From Octopus sinensis (lineage: Eukaryota): 5,983 nt of DNA. Each line of letters starts with the position of its first letter. Positions within the stretch are counted from its first letter, which is position 1. The position numbers and the translations under genes are program-made. This document shows positions 5,579 through 5,983 of this stretch, piece by piece. The stretch lies in NCBI RefSeq assembly GCF_006345805.1, contig NW_021829781.1, positions 1 through 5,983 on the forward strand, in the 5' to 3' direction. The notes beneath the pieces were generated by a model, which saw nothing but the letters and a program-made list of their open reading frames with translations, was not told where the DNA came from and searched no databases.

Positions 5579-5983
5579 ATGGTTAGCGTCATTTTAGAAA
5601 AAAAAATTATAGTTTCTCTCAAAAATGTTAGCATGAAAAAAAGCGACTCATTTATCATTATTAATGATCGGTGTATTTGCGACTCCTAACTCATAGTCTT
5701 TATCTAAAGGACGAGAATAATCAAAAAACAAATTGGTCATTTGTCTGGACAATGAAATGGAGATCAGGACACTAGCATTCGCCATTCACCAAGAATCCCA
5801 CTGGGGAATACGAAAGCTTCAGAAAAAGTGCAGTGAATTCTATTTCACTGTAAAACGTCCAATCATCGAACAAATTATAAAAGACTGCGAAATTGTAAAT
5901 TTGCCCTACCATTGAAAGTATTTAAAAAAATATATACCTAGTTGTCGGATTCTAATTACCATGTAACTGCAGAAAAAAACCAA
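5579..5983 (+). pseudogene. Ginger/GIN (KRBA2/SCAND3-like) integrase N-terminal region with a putative 24-26 nt intron
   Basis: MVSVILEKKIIVSLKNVSMKKSDSFIIINDR^LYLKDENNQK/KLVICLDNEMEIRTLAFAIHQESHWGIRKLQKKCSEFYFTVKRPIIEQIIKDCEI/CKFALPLK...HVTAEK. Joined, this gives a complete H-x3-H...C-x2-C zinc-binding motif. Frameshifts near 5725 and 5895. Confidence 0.75.
5671..5696 (+). other. Putative 26 nt spliceosomal intron (alternative GTATTT donor at 5673 gives 24 nt)
   Basis: gtgtatttgcgactcctaactcatag has GT...TAG ends and a canonical CTAAC branch-like motif. Removing 5671-5696 joins FIIINDR to LYLKDE in frame and removes an in-frame TAA. Confidence 0.6.

Larger units (their letters stand above)
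5460..5983 (+). mobile_element. Left end of a second, divergent Ginger-like element (continues beyond the window)
   Basis: Begins TGTCGCGACC..., has subterminal tandem repeats, and an integrase N-terminus homologous to the one at 1798 follows about 120 bp inside. The right end is not visible. Confidence 0.6.

Overview
AT-rich eukaryotic window made almost entirely of nested, decayed transposable elements, with no intact host gene, RNA gene or CRISPR array. From left to right it contains: a ~210 bp repeat (1-210, second copy 734-962) bracketing a CRE-type non-LTR endonuclease fragment; an internally deleted pogo-like element; an R4/Dong-like non-LTR zinc-knuckle fragment; a complete-ended 1818 bp TGT...ACA element (44 bp TIRs, 5 bp ATATT target duplication) carrying a Ginger/GIN-type integrase remnant interrupted by a 5'-truncated LINE; a Ty3/Gypsy integrase remnant (minus strand); an IS630/Tc1-like DD35E transposase pseudogene (minus strand); a truncated pogo/Tigger-type MITE; and the left end of a second, divergent Ginger-like element. 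The most striking observation is that both Ginger-like integrase genes appear to need removal of a tiny GT-AG intron (22 nt and 24-26 nt) at almost the same site, and the two introns share sequence. The element mix and tiny introns suggest a microsporidian-like host, but this is inference. All protein assignments come from manual translation and motif recognition, not database searches.
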